Below, piece after piece: positions 8,801 to 18,347 of a stretch of 57,842 nucleotides of DNA. This DNA comes from Gemmatimonadales bacterium (GTDB lineage: Bacteria > Gemmatimonadota > Gemmatimonadetes > Longimicrobiales > Gaopeijiaceae). Location: NCBI GenBank assembly GCA_050485725.1, contig JBJHBX010000001.1, positions 1-57,842 of the forward strand. The letters are read 5' to 3'. How positions within the stretch are numbered: position 1 is the first letter of the stretch; each line of letters opens with the position of its first letter. Position numbers and translations under genes: made by a program. Below the pieces are notes generated by a model. It made no database searches. It saw only the letters and a list, made by a program, of their open reading frames with translations, and was not told the origin of the DNA.

Positions 8801-9326
8801 CCCGCTCACGCTCCTGCTTGTAGTGGCACTACTCTATCTGTCGATGCGTGGCTGGGCACAGACCTTCCTCGTCCTGGCAACGGTGCCGTTGGCACTTGCG
8901 GGAAGCATCTGGCTGCTCGCGATCCTGGGGTACAATCTGTCTACTGCCGTGTGGGTCGGCCTGATCGCGGTCGCCGGCGTCGCCGCGCAGACGGGTGTCG
9001 TGATGATCGTCTACCTGGACGAGGCCTTCAACCGATACATGCGCGAGGGCCGCATCCAGACAATGGCCGACGTCGACGCCGCTGTCGTGGAGGGAGCGTC
9101 CACCCGTGTGCGACCGCTTCTCATGACGGTCGTGACGACGGTGTTCGGACTGATGCCGCTGCTCTGGGAGAGCGGAGTGGGAGCCGATGTCTCCGCGCGC
9201 ACCGCCGCCCCGGTCGTCGGCGGAATGTGGTCGTGCATCATCCTCACGCTGCTCGTTCTGCCGGCGGCTTACTCGATCTGGCGACGGCAACAGGTCCGCC
9301 GGATGATGATGGCCTCATCCACCTGA
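5856..9326 (+). CDS. cusA: Heavy-metal RND transporter, CusA-like (monovalent Cu/Ag type), with a Gly/Met-rich insertion of about 85 aa
   Basis: 1156 aa with a 12-TM RND layout. The TM4 segment GGIAIAIVELSDASIVLMENAH resembles the CusA type and lacks the DFG...D...EN pattern. The insertion reads GGMTGAASVAGGMGGDGGMAGMGGGGGAGAPAGMGTMGGVPANAMSPSMGG. Confidence 0.9.
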   Translation: MVDRIIELSTRHLWVTIGVALLAALWAIDSVRKTPLDALPDISDPQVIVFTEWMGRSPDLVEDQVTYPLVQALQSTPGVVAVRGYSMFGMSFAYLLFDEGTDIYWARTRVLEQMGRVQQLLPSDATTSLGPDASGVGWVYQYVLRDTSGRMDLAELRALQDFTVRPALQAVTGVSEVASLGGFERQYQILIDPERMVSFGLTLGDLTRSVRDANAEVGARVLELAGREYVLRGRGYVTELADLERSVVTVGPGGVPVRLGDVARVQHGPEIRRGAADYNGTGEAVGGIVVMRIGSNALEVIRALEDQIAVLRLPDGVEFIPTYDRSELIIGSVETLRNTLVQQAIIVTIICLVFLFHVRSALVIMIVLPLSVLLSFIGIRYLGLTTNIMSLGGIAIAIVELSDASIVLMENAHVRLAAARSTADRKRIIVDACKEVGRPIFFSVILVAVSFLPVFTMAGQAGRLFTPLAYTKTFAMLAAAILSITLAPALMVLLLRGRFRTEAENPVGRILVALYRPVAEFVVRMRWLAAGLTLVAILVTVPVFQRLGSEFMPPLDEGTLLVMPTTFPGISIEEARRALIAQDRIIMQFPEVHSVHGKVGRAETATDPAQLDMIESVIMLRSRDEWPTRDTPRWYSERAPEWTKRAVLRRVWPEQRARTLDELSRDMDVALQMPGYQMAIAPPIRTRIDMLTTGVRTPVGVKVFGDDLEQIEHISVMLEGMLRQVPGTRSTFAERQTGREYVDIVPNREAIARYGLTVRDVQDFVEVAIGGMPVSTAIAGRSRFSINLRVAADWRSDPEALLTLLVPVPSSGDLITAGGGNIGAGASPQRGGMTGAASVAGGMGGDGGMAGMGGGGGAGAPAGMGTMGGVPANAMSPSMGGAAAATPDFMEQWRQPGAAVPLGYLADVRVTTGPPMIRNENGVLVGYVYGDIDQSQRDLGGWVDDAKVLVDEQLDLPPGYRLEWTGQYEYLAEMQERLRYVIPLTLLLVVALLYLSMRGWAQTFLVLATVPLALAGSIWLLAILGYNLSTAVWVGLIAVAGVAAQTGVVMIVYLDEAFNRYMREGRIQTMADVDAAVVEGASTRVRPLLMTVVTTVFGLMPLLWESGVGADVSARTAAPVVGGMWSCIILTLLVLPAAYSIWRRQQVRRMMMASST

Positions 9327-9331
9327 GAATC

Positions 9332-9397
9332 GACCCGGACGACAGCCACGTTCTCGCCACGGCGATCCACGCCGACCCGGATGTCATCCTGACCTCG
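9332..9397 (+). pseudogene. Possible C-terminal remnant of a PIN-domain (VapC-like) toxin gene
   Basis: The translation DPDDSHVLATAIHADPDVILTS resembles the C-terminal DPxDxxxLAxAxxxxAxxLVTxD block of PIN proteins. There is no N-terminal part and no start codon. Confidence 0.3.
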
Positions 9398-9509
9398 ACA
9401 CACGGGGCTTGTCGAGACCGTAGCACGGTTCGAATATCGGCGGAACCGGCTGTAGCACGGAAAGTTGGGCGACTTTGGAACCTGGGAATCGGAGTGGAGT
9501 CAATTCGCT

Positions 9510-10136
9510 ATGGACAACGCTGTCGCGCTGGTACAGGCGTACCTGAGAATCAACGGGTACTTTACGGTTGCCGAGTACCCGGTGGTCGAGGCCGTAGGGG
9601 CAGGAGGGCATCGCAGCGTGACCGATCTGGACATCCTGGCGTTTCGCTTCCCTCTCGCGGGCGGGTATGATTCTCATGCCGGCGACCGCAGAAGAATCGT
9701 CGAGGCTGAGGTCATCACGCTGGATCCGGTGCTCGGTCGAGACAGCAAGCTTTCCGATATGCTGGTGGGCGAAGTGAAGGAAGGACGCACCCGCGTGAAC
9801 GAAGCCATGCGTGATCCCGCAGTGCTACACGCAGCCCTGACACGCTTCGGCTGTTGTGGAGCGAACGAGGCCCCGGAGATCGTCGGGAGGCTGATACGAT
9901 CGGGTAATGCCACCACCACCGCTGGTCATCAGATACGAATGGTTGCGTTCGGTTCGACTGTCTCCGAAGTGCCCCACGGTTACACCGCGATCTCACTCGG
10001 CCACATCGTCCAGTTTCTTCGTGATTACCTGCGCCACAACTGGGGAATCGTACGTCATGTGCAGATGAAGGAACCGACCTTGGGGATGTTGCTGCTGCTC
10101 GAAAAGGCCATTCGTAGTATCGAGACGGCTGAGTAG
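9510..10136 (+). CDS. Hypothetical protein with an N-terminal PD-(D/E)xK nuclease-like motif
   Basis: VALVQAYLRINGYFTVAEYPV...VTDLDILAFRF...MLVGEVKEG fits the E / D / ExK spacing of restriction-endonuclease-fold proteins. The ORF is open from 9465 and the ATG at 9510 was chosen. Confidence 0.6.
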   Translation: MDNAVALVQAYLRINGYFTVAEYPVVEAVGAGGHRSVTDLDILAFRFPLAGGYDSHAGDRRRIVEAEVITLDPVLGRDSKLSDMLVGEVKEGRTRVNEAMRDPAVLHAALTRFGCCGANEAPEIVGRLIRSGNATTTAGHQIRMVAFGSTVSEVPHGYTAISLGHIVQFLRDYLRHNWGIVRHVQMKEPTLGMLLLLEKAIRSIETAE

Positions 10137-10145
10137 CGAGTGGGC

Positions 10146-11474
10146 ATGAAGCCACCCGAGGAACCGGCGAGCGCTTACCGGCGGGTGAATTCCCTGTTAC
10201 GGCGGTGCTGCCAGGGACATTGTACACCCCACTCCGGTCATGCTTGTGACCGCCCCCCGCCGTTCGAGTTGGGGCTGCTAACAAGTCCTGGCGAGCTTGA
10301 GCCGAAGGGGCCGCTCCATCCGGGAGTCGAAGCTCGCCTACGTGTGCTGAGCGGACAGCCGATCACCCGCGCCAACACGGTCCAACTACTCTTGGACGGC
10401 ACGCAATCGTACACGGCCATGCTCGATCTTGTCGACCGGGCTCGTGACGAAATTCTCTTCGAGAACTTCATCTTCCGGGCGGATGCGATAGGACTCGGTT
10501 TCGCGGAAGAACTTCACCGTCGGGCGGAAGACGGAGTCGAAGTCCGGTTGCTACACGACCCACTCGGTTCAAGGTTGAGCACCCTGTCCCTCGCCCGTCG
10601 CTTTCGAGGCACTCCGGCGCAGGTGCGGCCCTTCAATCCACCGCGACCGACCCTGGCATCTCTTCGCCTTGGCAGGGATCACCGAAAGCTCGTCGTCCAG
10701 GATCGAGCCCGCATGGTCGTTGGCGGGCTGTGTATCGCCGACCTGTGGGTGGGCAATTGCGTTTCGCGCTGCACATGGCGCGATTCGGCCATCCTCGTGG
10801 AAGGAGAATCCGTCGCTCAGGCGGCGGGTGAGTTCGAGAGCATGTGGTGGACAGGCGCGCCGCGTGCGTCCCGCACTCGTCCCCTGGAAAGAAGCCGAGC
10901 CGCCAACGGGACAACGATCGACCCGCAGGGGGAGGTACCGGTCCGCGTGCTTGCCGATGGGCCCAATCGCCGCTGCCTGGAGGAGATTCTCGTGGAGGTC
11001 ATCCTTGCAGCGCGCGAGGAGATTCTGATCACGAATCCCTACTTCGTTCCGACACTGCGTGTGGTCGGAGCCCTGGCTACCGCCGCGCGCCGAGGCGTGA
11101 ACGTGGAGCTTCTCCTTCCTCACTCCGGCGACCATCCCATCGTGGATCTTGCGGCCGAACATCTCCTGATGGAACTGTTGCGCGACGGTGTGACAGTGCG
11201 CTACTGGACAGGCCCTATGATCCACGCGAAAACCCTGGTGGTGGATGGCCGCTGGTCACTCATTGGTTCAAGCAACTTGGACATGTTCAGTCTCCGGCGT
11301 AACGCTGAATTGAACGTCGAGGTGCATGGAGCCGCGCTCGGCGAACAGATGGTGGAAGTTTTCCGGCGCGATTGTGAACGGAGCGTACCGTTCACCTATG
11401 CGGAGTGGAGAAGCCGTCCACGACGACGACGATGGGTCACATGGATGGCGGCTCTGGGCCGATCCTGGATGTAG
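10146..11474 (+). CDS. Phospholipase D superfamily protein with two HKD motifs (ClsB / cardiolipin-synthase-like)
   Basis: HKD motifs in DHRKLVVQDRARMVVGGLCIAD and IHAKTLVVDGRWSLIGSSNLDMFSLRRNAELN. The start is uncertain (GTG at 10140, ATG at 10146, or a later codon). Confidence 0.8.
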   Translation: MKPPEEPASAYRRVNSLLRRCCQGHCTPHSGHACDRPPPFELGLLTSPGELEPKGPLHPGVEARLRVLSGQPITRANTVQLLLDGTQSYTAMLDLVDRARDEILFENFIFRADAIGLGFAEELHRRAEDGVEVRLLHDPLGSRLSTLSLARRFRGTPAQVRPFNPPRPTLASLRLGRDHRKLVVQDRARMVVGGLCIADLWVGNCVSRCTWRDSAILVEGESVAQAAGEFESMWWTGAPRASRTRPLERSRAANGTTIDPQGEVPVRVLADGPNRRCLEEILVEVILAAREEILITNPYFVPTLRVVGALATAARRGVNVELLLPHSGDHPIVDLAAEHLLMELLRDGVTVRYWTGPMIHAKTLVVDGRWSLIGSSNLDMFSLRRNAELNVEVHGAALGEQMVEVFRRDCERSVPFTYAEWRSRPRRRRWVTWMAALGRSWM

Positions 11475-11654
11475 GGGGTTGGACATCGCCGACCGTCGGG
11501 AGGTGCCACCCAGCCTTTCTCGCGAAGCAGAGTCACCTTCGGGCGGCCCTTTTCGTTGAAGGTAGCCGGCTGCGGGAGGTAAGCCGGGATGGGCTGCTCG
11601 CCATCGGATCGAAGGTTTCCGATCTCCATCCTGGTGCCGGTGTCCACGTCCCAC

Positions 11655-14060
11655 TCATCCACTCCAAGAGGATTGGGGAGCATATGTGAGCAACCGCAGG
11701 GCGTTCGCGATGACCACCAGGGTGCTTCCCTCGTGGAAGAGCACGGCAATCCCGATCCCGAACATCCCCGTGGTGGTGGCGACGATGAGGAGCGCGATCA
11801 CGCCCAGCGCGACGTAGAGGTTCTGGCGGATGATCCTTCTCGCCTGGCGGGAGAGCCCGATGGCGAAGGGAAGCTTGCTCAGATCATCCGCCATGAGCGC
11901 CACGTCCGCCGTTTCCAGCGCGACGGCGGTGCCCGCGCCACCCATGGCGATCCCCACGGTGGCATGGGCCAAGGCGGGAGCATCGTTGACTCCGTCCCCC
12001 ACCATGGCCACCTGCCCGTGCTGATCGAGGAGTGATCGCACGGCGGTCACCTTGTCCTCCGGAAGCAGGTCGGCCCGGACCTCGTCGATCCCCACTTCCT
12101 TCCCGATGGCGGTCCCAACGCCCTGGTTGTCCCCGGTCAGCATCACGAGAGGGCCGATCCCCAGGGCTCGGAGCTGGTCCAGCACGTCCCGGACTCCGTC
12201 CCGGGGCCGGTCCGCGACCCCGATGACCCCCAGCCAGCGCTCACCATGACGGACCGCCATCGTGCTCCGGCCCCGTGCCTGTAGCGCCCCTACGGCCTCG
12301 CGGATTTCTCCGGGAATGGAAATACCCGCCTCCTCCCATAGCCGGAGGTTCCCTACTTCCACCGTGGCGCCGGCGACGTTCGAGCGGATCCCCCGGGCCG
12401 TGAGGCTTTCCAGCTCACCCGCATCCGGCAGCGTCAGCCCCGCCTCTTCCGCCCGCCGCACGACGGCCTGGGCGAGGGGATGCTGGCTTCGCCGCTCCAC
12501 GGCCGCCGCCAAGCTCAGGAGTTCTGCCTCGTCCACGTCGGTGGCGGGCTCGAGCTCCGTGACCTCCGGTTCGCCGATGGTGAGCGTACCGGTCTTGTCC
12601 AGGGCCAGCGCCCGCAGGCCGCCCAGGTTTTCGAGGTGCGCGCCGCCCTTGATGAGCACACCGCGCCGCGCCGCCTGGGCGATCCCGGCCAGCACCGCCG
12701 ACGGCGTGCCCAATGCCAGTGCGCAGGGAGAGGCCGCCACGAGCAGGGCCATCCCCCGATAGAAACTGGTGCTCCAGTCCCATATCCCGAGCAGGGGCGG
12801 GATCGTGATGAGGAGCACATCCGCCACCAGGACGGCCGGGACGAACACCCGCTCGAAACGTTCGGTGAATCGCTGGGTCGGCGCCTTCTGGGTCTGAGCC
12901 TCCTCCACGAGCTGGACCACCCGGTCGAGGGTACGGTCTCCCACCGCTCGGGTGGCCACGATCTCCAGGGCGCCGTCTCCGTTTACCGTGCCGGCGAAGA
13001 CCTCGTCTCCTCCGGTCTTCTCCACGGGAACGGACTCTCCGGTGATCGGGGCCTGGTTCACCGCCGAGCGACCCTGGCGCACCTCGCCATCCACGGGAAT
13101 CCGCTCCGCAGGACGGACCACCACCGTCTCCCCCGGAGCGACCTCCTCCACCGGCACCTCCACCTCCTTCCCGTTCCGCACGACCCGGGCGCGCGGCGGG
13201 GCGAGATCGGCCAGCGCCCGGATCGCGTTCCGGGCTCTCCCCAGGGCGTAATGCTCCAGCGCGTGGGCCAGGGAGAAGAGGAAGAGAAGGAAGGCGCCCT
13301 CGGCCCATTCCCCCAACGCGGCGGCGCCAAGAGCGGCCAGGAGCATCAGGAGCTCGATGTCGAAGGTGACCCGTCCCTTCCGGAGATCGGTGATCCAGTG
13401 CCGCACCAGGTCGAAACCGCCGAACCCGTAAGCCGCGACGTAGAGCGCCACCGCCGCGAGGGGTTCGAACCCCAGCCACCGCTCTCCCACCCAGGCGATC
13501 AGGAGCAGGGTGCCGGCGGCCAGGCTCCACGCCAGCTCCCTGTTCCGGGCATACCACTCCGCCTTCTCGGGAACGGGGTCCCGTGGAGGGCCCTCCGCCG
13601 CCTCGGTGGGAGGCGCGCTGGGATAGCCCATCCCGGCGAACTCGGAGCGGATCCGGTCGATGGAGACGAGCTCCCGGTCGAACTCGACCCGCGCGCGCTG
13701 GGCGGCGATGTTCACCGAGGCGCTCAGGACCCCGTCGATCCCTTCGAGACTCTCTTCGATCCGTCGCGCCGCGTCCTCCCCACGGATGACCCGGATGGGG
13801 AGCACGGCGTGGCCGAAGCGCTCGGTCACCGTCGCGCCCGCCGCATCGGCGATCCGCCGGACCTCGCTGAGTGGAATCAGCGCGGGGTCGTAGTGGAGGC
13901 AGAGAACAGCACCCTCGGGATCCTCCGGATTCAGCACGTGGGTGCGGACGATCCCCTGCGTTCCCTCCAGAATCGTCTCCAGCCGTGCGACACACGCATC
14001 CCGCGCGTCGGGTACGTCCGGGAGGAGGAGGGGCAGGTCCAGGCGAAGGTGATCGGTCAT
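11655..14060 (-). CDS. P1B-type heavy-metal-translocating ATPase (SPC / HEGST motifs, so Zn/Cd/Co type is likely)
   Basis: DKTGTLT, GDGVNDAPAL, a TM motif AASPCALALGTP, and VLFHEGSTLVVIANALRLL. The N-terminal ferredoxin-like domains lack CxxC. The ATG overlaps the czcA stop (ATGA). Confidence 0.9.
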   Translation of the reverse strand: MTDHLRLDLPLLLPDVPDARDACVARLETILEGTQGIVRTHVLNPEDPEGAVLCLHYDPALIPLSEVRRIADAAGATVTERFGHAVLPIRVIRGEDAARRIEESLEGIDGVLSASVNIAAQRARVEFDRELVSIDRIRSEFAGMGYPSAPPTEAAEGPPRDPVPEKAEWYARNRELAWSLAAGTLLLIAWVGERWLGFEPLAAVALYVAAYGFGGFDLVRHWITDLRKGRVTFDIELLMLLAALGAAALGEWAEGAFLLFLFSLAHALEHYALGRARNAIRALADLAPPRARVVRNGKEVEVPVEEVAPGETVVVRPAERIPVDGEVRQGRSAVNQAPITGESVPVEKTGGDEVFAGTVNGDGALEIVATRAVGDRTLDRVVQLVEEAQTQKAPTQRFTERFERVFVPAVLVADVLLITIPPLLGIWDWSTSFYRGMALLVAASPCALALGTPSAVLAGIAQAARRGVLIKGGAHLENLGGLRALALDKTGTLTIGEPEVTELEPATDVDEAELLSLAAAVERRSQHPLAQAVVRRAEEAGLTLPDAGELESLTARGIRSNVAGATVEVGNLRLWEEAGISIPGEIREAVGALQARGRSTMAVRHGERWLGVIGVADRPRDGVRDVLDQLRALGIGPLVMLTGDNQGVGTAIGKEVGIDEVRADLLPEDKVTAVRSLLDQHGQVAMVGDGVNDAPALAHATVGIAMGGAGTAVALETADVALMADDLSKLPFAIGLSRQARRIIRQNLYVALGVIALLIVATTTGMFGIGIAVLFHEGSTLVVIANALRLLTYAPQSSWSG

Positions 14061-17000
14061 CTGACGACCTCCTGTGTCGGTGTCTCCGCGTTCCGCTCGA
14101 AGGAAAGGTAGAGGAGCGGAAGTACGAGGAGCGTGAGAAGCGTCGCGGTGACGAGCCCTCCGATCACGACGGTGGCGAGCGGGCGCTGGACCTCGGCTCC
14201 CGCGCCCTGCGAGAGCGCCATGGGGAGGAATCCCAGGCTCGCCACGAGCGCCGTCATCAGGACCGGTCGCAGCCGGGTCATCCCGCCCTCGCGGACGGCT
14301 TCCTCCATGCTACGCCCTTCCCGCCGGAGCTGGTTGATGTAGGTGACCAGAACCAGGCCGTTCAGCACCGCCACGCCGAAGAGGGCGATGAAGCCGACAC
14401 CCGCCGAGATGCTGAAGGGCATCCCCCGGAGCAGCAGCGCGAACACGCCCCCTACCGTGGCCAACGGGATCCCGGTGAAGACCAGGACCGACTGTCGCAG
14501 GGAGCCGAAGGTGGCGTAGAGGAGCAGAAAGATGAGCAGGAGCGAGAGCGGCACCACCAGCATCAGGCGCCGAGTCCCTCGTTCCAGGTTCTCGAACTGC
14601 CCACCGAAGCCGACCTGGTAGCCAGCGGGAAGTACAATGGTGCCGTCGGCGAACAGATCCTCCACCTCCCCGACGAAAGAGCCCATATCCCGGCCGCGGA
14701 CGTTCCCTTCCACGATCACCAGACGGCTTCCGGCCTCATGGCTGATGTCCGAGGGCCCCTGCACCACCTCGATGCGGGCCAACTGTCCGAGCGGAACCCG
14801 CTCTCCTCCCGGCGCGCTCACCCGCAGGCCGGCCACGGCCTGCGGACTCCGGCGTGCGGACTCGGGGAAGCGGACCACCAGGGGGAACCGGCGCTGCCCC
14901 TCCAGCACGGTCGTAGTCTCCACGCCGCCCACCGCTTCCACGGTGCGCATCACATCGCCGGCGTTGATGCCGTAGCGAGCGAGTTGGTCGGGCAGAACCG
15001 TGATTTCGAGCTGAGGAAGTCCCGAGAGCTGCTGGGCGCGAAAGCCCGTGGCGCCTTCGAGCCCCGACACCACCGCCACCGTCCGGTTCGCCGTGGCGGC
15101 CAGAAGGTCCAGGTCTTCTCCGTAAATCTTGATGGCGAGATCGCTGCGGACCCCGGCGATGAGTTCGTTGACTCGGAGTTCGATGGGCTGGCTGAAGCTG
15201 GCCACGAGTCCGGGGATCTTCTCCAGTTCCTCCGTCATCAGGACTTCCAGTTCCGCCTTGTTCCGAGCCCGGGCCCACTCCCTCCGGGGATGGAGCATCA
15301 CGAAGACATCGCTGATGTTCACCCCCATGGGGTCGGTGGCGATCTCGGGACGCCCGGTCTTGGAGACGATGTCGCGGATCTCGTCAGGGAAGGCCGCCCG
15401 GAGGTGCGCCTCCATCATCGTGGACTGCCGGACCGACTCCTCCAGGGAAATGCTGGGAAGGCGGAGCACTTGAATGGCCAGGTCTCCTTCGTCCAGGCGC
15501 GGGATGAACTCCGATCCCAGGAAGGGAATCGCGATGATGGCGGCCGTCACCAGCCCGGCCGCTCCCGCCAGCACGATCTTTCCGCGGCTCAGCGTCCATT
15601 CGAGCACGGGCCGGTAGGCCCGCTTGGCCTGCCGCATCAGCCAGACTTCCTTCTCCTGGACTTTCCCCCGGAGGAAGTAGGAGACCAGCACCGGGGTGAG
15701 GAGGAAGGTCAGGATCAGCGATCCGGCCAGAGCCATGACCACCGTCATGGCCATGGGGCGGAAGAGTTTCCCCTCCACTCCCTCCAGGGTGAGGATGGGA
15801 AGGTAGACGACGATGATGATTCCCACGCCGAAGAGGATGGGGCGGGCGACTTCGGCGCAGGAGTCCAGCACCGTCTGTAGAAAACCTTTCTTCTTCTCGT
15901 CACGCTCAGCCAGATGGCGCATGGAGTTCTCCACCATCACCACCGAGCCGTCCACCACCAGGCCGAAGTCGATGGCACCCAGGCTCATCAAGCTTCCGGC
16001 GATCCCCAGCCGGAGCATTCCGCTGAAGGCGAACATCATGGACAGCGGGATCGCCAGCGCCACGATGAGTGCCACCCGGAGGTTGCCCAGTAGAAGGAAG
16101 AGGACCGCCACCACCAGGAGAGCCCCTTCCAGGAGGTTCGTCCGGACGGTGGCGATGGTCCGGTCCACCAGTTCGGTACGGTCGTAGAAAGCCCGCAGCC
16201 GAACCCCGTCGGGAAGGGTTCGGGCCACCGCGTCGAAGCGTTCCCTCACCGCTTCCACCAGAGTGCGGGAGTTCTCGCCCATGCGCATCATGACGATCCC
16301 GATGACAGTCTCCCCCTCCCCGTTCGCCGTCACCGCGCCCTGTCGGATGGTATGCCCGATCTGGATCTCGGCCAGGTCACCCACGCGGACCGGCGTTCCT
16401 TCGCGGCTCGTCACCACGATCCCCCGGATCTGTTCCAGGTCCTGCACCTGGCCCACTCCCCGGACGATGAGCTGCTCTGCTCCCTGGGTGATGTAGCCGC
16501 CGCCGGCGTTCACGTTGTTGGCCGCCACGGCGTCCAGAACCTGTTCCAGCGTGAGGCCGAACTGGACCAGCGCCTCGGGACGGATCAGGATCTCGTACTG
16601 CTTCGCGAATCCCCCGAAGGAGTTCACTTCCGCCACCCCCGGGACCCCCCGGAGCTGCGGGGCCACCACCCAGTCCTGAAGGGTACGAAGCTCCGTAGCG
16701 TCGAACCCCGATCCGGGATCCGCCTCGATCGTGTACTGGAAGATCTCCCCCAGTCCGGTGGAGATCGGTCCCATCTCCGGCGTTCCGAACCCTTCGGGGA
16801 TCTGCTCCCGTGCTTCCTGGAGCCGCTCCTGGACCTGCTGGCGGGCGAAGTAGATGTCGGTCCCTTCCTCGAAGACCACCGTCACCTGCGAGAGCCCGAA
16901 CTTGGAGAGGGAGCGCACCTCCTCCAGCCTCGGGAGCCCGAACATGGCCAGCTCTACCGGAAGGGTGATCTGCTGCTCCACCTCCAGCGGAGAGAGGGAA

Positions 17001-17158
17001 GGAGCATTGGTATTGATCTGCACCTGGACGTTGGTCACGTCCGGAATCGCGTCGATGGGGAGGCTGATCATCGACCGGACCCCGACCCCCACCAGGAGAG
17101 CCGTGAGGGCCAGGACGAGGAGCCGGTTCCTGAGCGCGAAGGCGATGACGTTCCTCAT
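14057..17158 (-). CDS. czcA: Heavy-metal RND transporter, CzcA type (divalent cations)
   Basis: MRNVIAFALRNRLLVLAL at the N-terminus. TM4 reads LGAIDFGLVVDGSVVMVEN, which is the DFG-D-EN signature. GAGGAGG lies upstream of the ATG at 17158. The longer ORF back to 17290 is rejected. Confidence 0.9.
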   Translation of the reverse strand: MRNVIAFALRNRLLVLALTALLVGVGVRSMISLPIDAIPDVTNVQVQINTNAPSLSPLEVEQQITLPVELAMFGLPRLEEVRSLSKFGLSQVTVVFEEGTDIYFARQQVQERLQEAREQIPEGFGTPEMGPISTGLGEIFQYTIEADPGSGFDATELRTLQDWVVAPQLRGVPGVAEVNSFGGFAKQYEILIRPEALVQFGLTLEQVLDAVAANNVNAGGGYITQGAEQLIVRGVGQVQDLEQIRGIVVTSREGTPVRVGDLAEIQIGHTIRQGAVTANGEGETVIGIVMMRMGENSRTLVEAVRERFDAVARTLPDGVRLRAFYDRTELVDRTIATVRTNLLEGALLVVAVLFLLLGNLRVALIVALAIPLSMMFAFSGMLRLGIAGSLMSLGAIDFGLVVDGSVVMVENSMRHLAERDEKKKGFLQTVLDSCAEVARPILFGVGIIIVVYLPILTLEGVEGKLFRPMAMTVVMALAGSLILTFLLTPVLVSYFLRGKVQEKEVWLMRQAKRAYRPVLEWTLSRGKIVLAGAAGLVTAAIIAIPFLGSEFIPRLDEGDLAIQVLRLPSISLEESVRQSTMMEAHLRAAFPDEIRDIVSKTGRPEIATDPMGVNISDVFVMLHPRREWARARNKAELEVLMTEELEKIPGLVASFSQPIELRVNELIAGVRSDLAIKIYGEDLDLLAATANRTVAVVSGLEGATGFRAQQLSGLPQLEITVLPDQLARYGINAGDVMRTVEAVGGVETTTVLEGQRRFPLVVRFPESARRSPQAVAGLRVSAPGGERVPLGQLARIEVVQGPSDISHEAGSRLVIVEGNVRGRDMGSFVGEVEDLFADGTIVLPAGYQVGFGGQFENLERGTRRLMLVVPLSLLLIFLLLYATFGSLRQSVLVFTGIPLATVGGVFALLLRGMPFSISAGVGFIALFGVAVLNGLVLVTYINQLRREGRSMEEAVREGGMTRLRPVLMTALVASLGFLPMALSQGAGAEVQRPLATVVIGGLVTATLLTLLVLPLLYLSFERNAETPTQEVVR

Positions 17159-17168
17159 CCGTGCCTCC

Positions 17169-18347
17169 TCAATGCCCGTGACCGGCTTCGCCGATCTCGG
17201 CTCTGGCCAGCTCGGACCGGAGGGCGAAGGCTCCGGGGCCGACCACCCGGTTACCCGCTTCCAGGCCGGACAGGACGATGATCCGCCCACCGTCGGCCGG
17301 CTCCCCCACCTCGATGGTCTGGACCCGGAACTCCCCGATTTGGTCTCCGGGGACGAAGACCGCGGTCCGCCCTTCTACCTGCTGCACGGCCTCCGCGGGA
17401 ATCACCATGACGGGAACACCGGCCCGGTCCACATGGATATTGGCGGTGGCGAACATCCCCGGTCTGAGCGCACGATCAAGGTTCGGCAACTCCACCCGGA
17501 GCCGGACCGTCCGACTGGCCAGATCCAGGATGTCTCCCACGTAGGCGATCTCCCCGGGGAAGACCCGCCCAGGGTATGCGGCGGTGGTAATCTCCACCGT
17601 CTGGCCCGGCCGGACCCTGGAGAGGTCCCGTTCGTAGATGTCCAACTCGATCCACAGGCGGTCGAGGTCGGCCACGGTGAAGAGCTGATCCGTGGAGCCT
17701 GCCACTTCACCCAGGGTGGCGTGCCGGGCCACGACGACGCCCTGAAAGGGCGCGGCCAGGGCGTACTGTCCGCCGTGACCCTCTCCGGCGCCCAGCACCC
17801 GCAGCCGCTGGCGGGCTCCGTTCAATGCCGCCTCGGCCCGGCGAAGATCAGCCTCGGCGTCCAGGAGCTCCTTCCGGCTGGAGATCCCCTGCTCCTCCAG
17901 GCGGTGCTCCCGCTCGAAGTTCTCTCGGGCGATCCCCACCAGGGCCGCAGCCTCCTCCTCGGCCGCCCGGAGATGGCCCACCTCGGGGCTCTCCAGAATG
18001 GCCAGGGGCTGACCCGTGGTGACCGTCGTTCCCAGATCCACCAGGACCCGGGCGATCCGGCCCTCGATGGAGGGCCCCACGTGGCTCACCCGATCGGCGG
18101 TGTAGGTGATGGTTCCGGTGACCGGGAGGCTCGTGGTCTGAACGGTCTCCACGGATACGAGCGTGATGCCGGCGATGGCGATGGCCGTGGAATCCAACTG
18201 GACGACATCATGGTCGTCGGCCTGATCTTCCTCCTCCACAATGTCCCCGGATCGTGCTCCCCCGCAGGCGGCGAGGGTGAGCAGGACGACCAACAGCATG
18301 CCGCGTTGAATCCACGGTTGCGTCTGCGTTCCGTTCCTATCGTTCAT
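17169..18347 (-). CDS. czcB: RND efflux periplasmic adaptor (CzcB-like), probably a lipoprotein
   Basis: The signal LLVVLLTLAACGG and an MFP core (VSHVGPSIEGRIARVLVDLG..., coiled-coil hairpin). The start at 18347 overlaps the czcC stop (ATGA). Confidence 0.85.
   Translation of the reverse strand: MNDRNGTQTQPWIQRGMLLVVLLTLAACGGARSGDIVEEEDQADDHDVVQLDSTAIAIAGITLVSVETVQTTSLPVTGTITYTADRVSHVGPSIEGRIARVLVDLGTTVTTGQPLAILESPEVGHLRAAEEEAAALVGIARENFEREHRLEEQGISSRKELLDAEADLRRAEAALNGARQRLRVLGAGEGHGGQYALAAPFQGVVVARHATLGEVAGSTDQLFTVADLDRLWIELDIYERDLSRVRPGQTVEITTAAYPGRVFPGEIAYVGDILDLASRTVRLRVELPNLDRALRPGMFATANIHVDRAGVPVMVIPAEAVQQVEGRTAVFVPGDQIGEFRVQTIEVGEPADGGRIIVLSGLEAGNRVVGPGAFALRSELARAEIGEAGHGH

Noticed and set aside
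9419-9460. GGTTCGAAT, a T-loop-like word, flanked by a 9-nt direct repeat (GTAGCACGG, two copies). I considered it as a tRNA fragment or att site related to tRNA-Pro.
   Set aside because: It shares only about 10 nt with the tRNA-Pro T-arm, no complementary stem forms around it, and it does not extend into the acceptor sequence. The match is most likely chance.
11396-11749. A 117-aa minus-strand ORF downstream of and overlapping the ATPase 3' end.
   Set aside because: It overlaps the ATPase C-terminus, has no recognisable motif or RBS, and lies in a convergent intergenic region. It may be a gene remnant, but I cannot support that.
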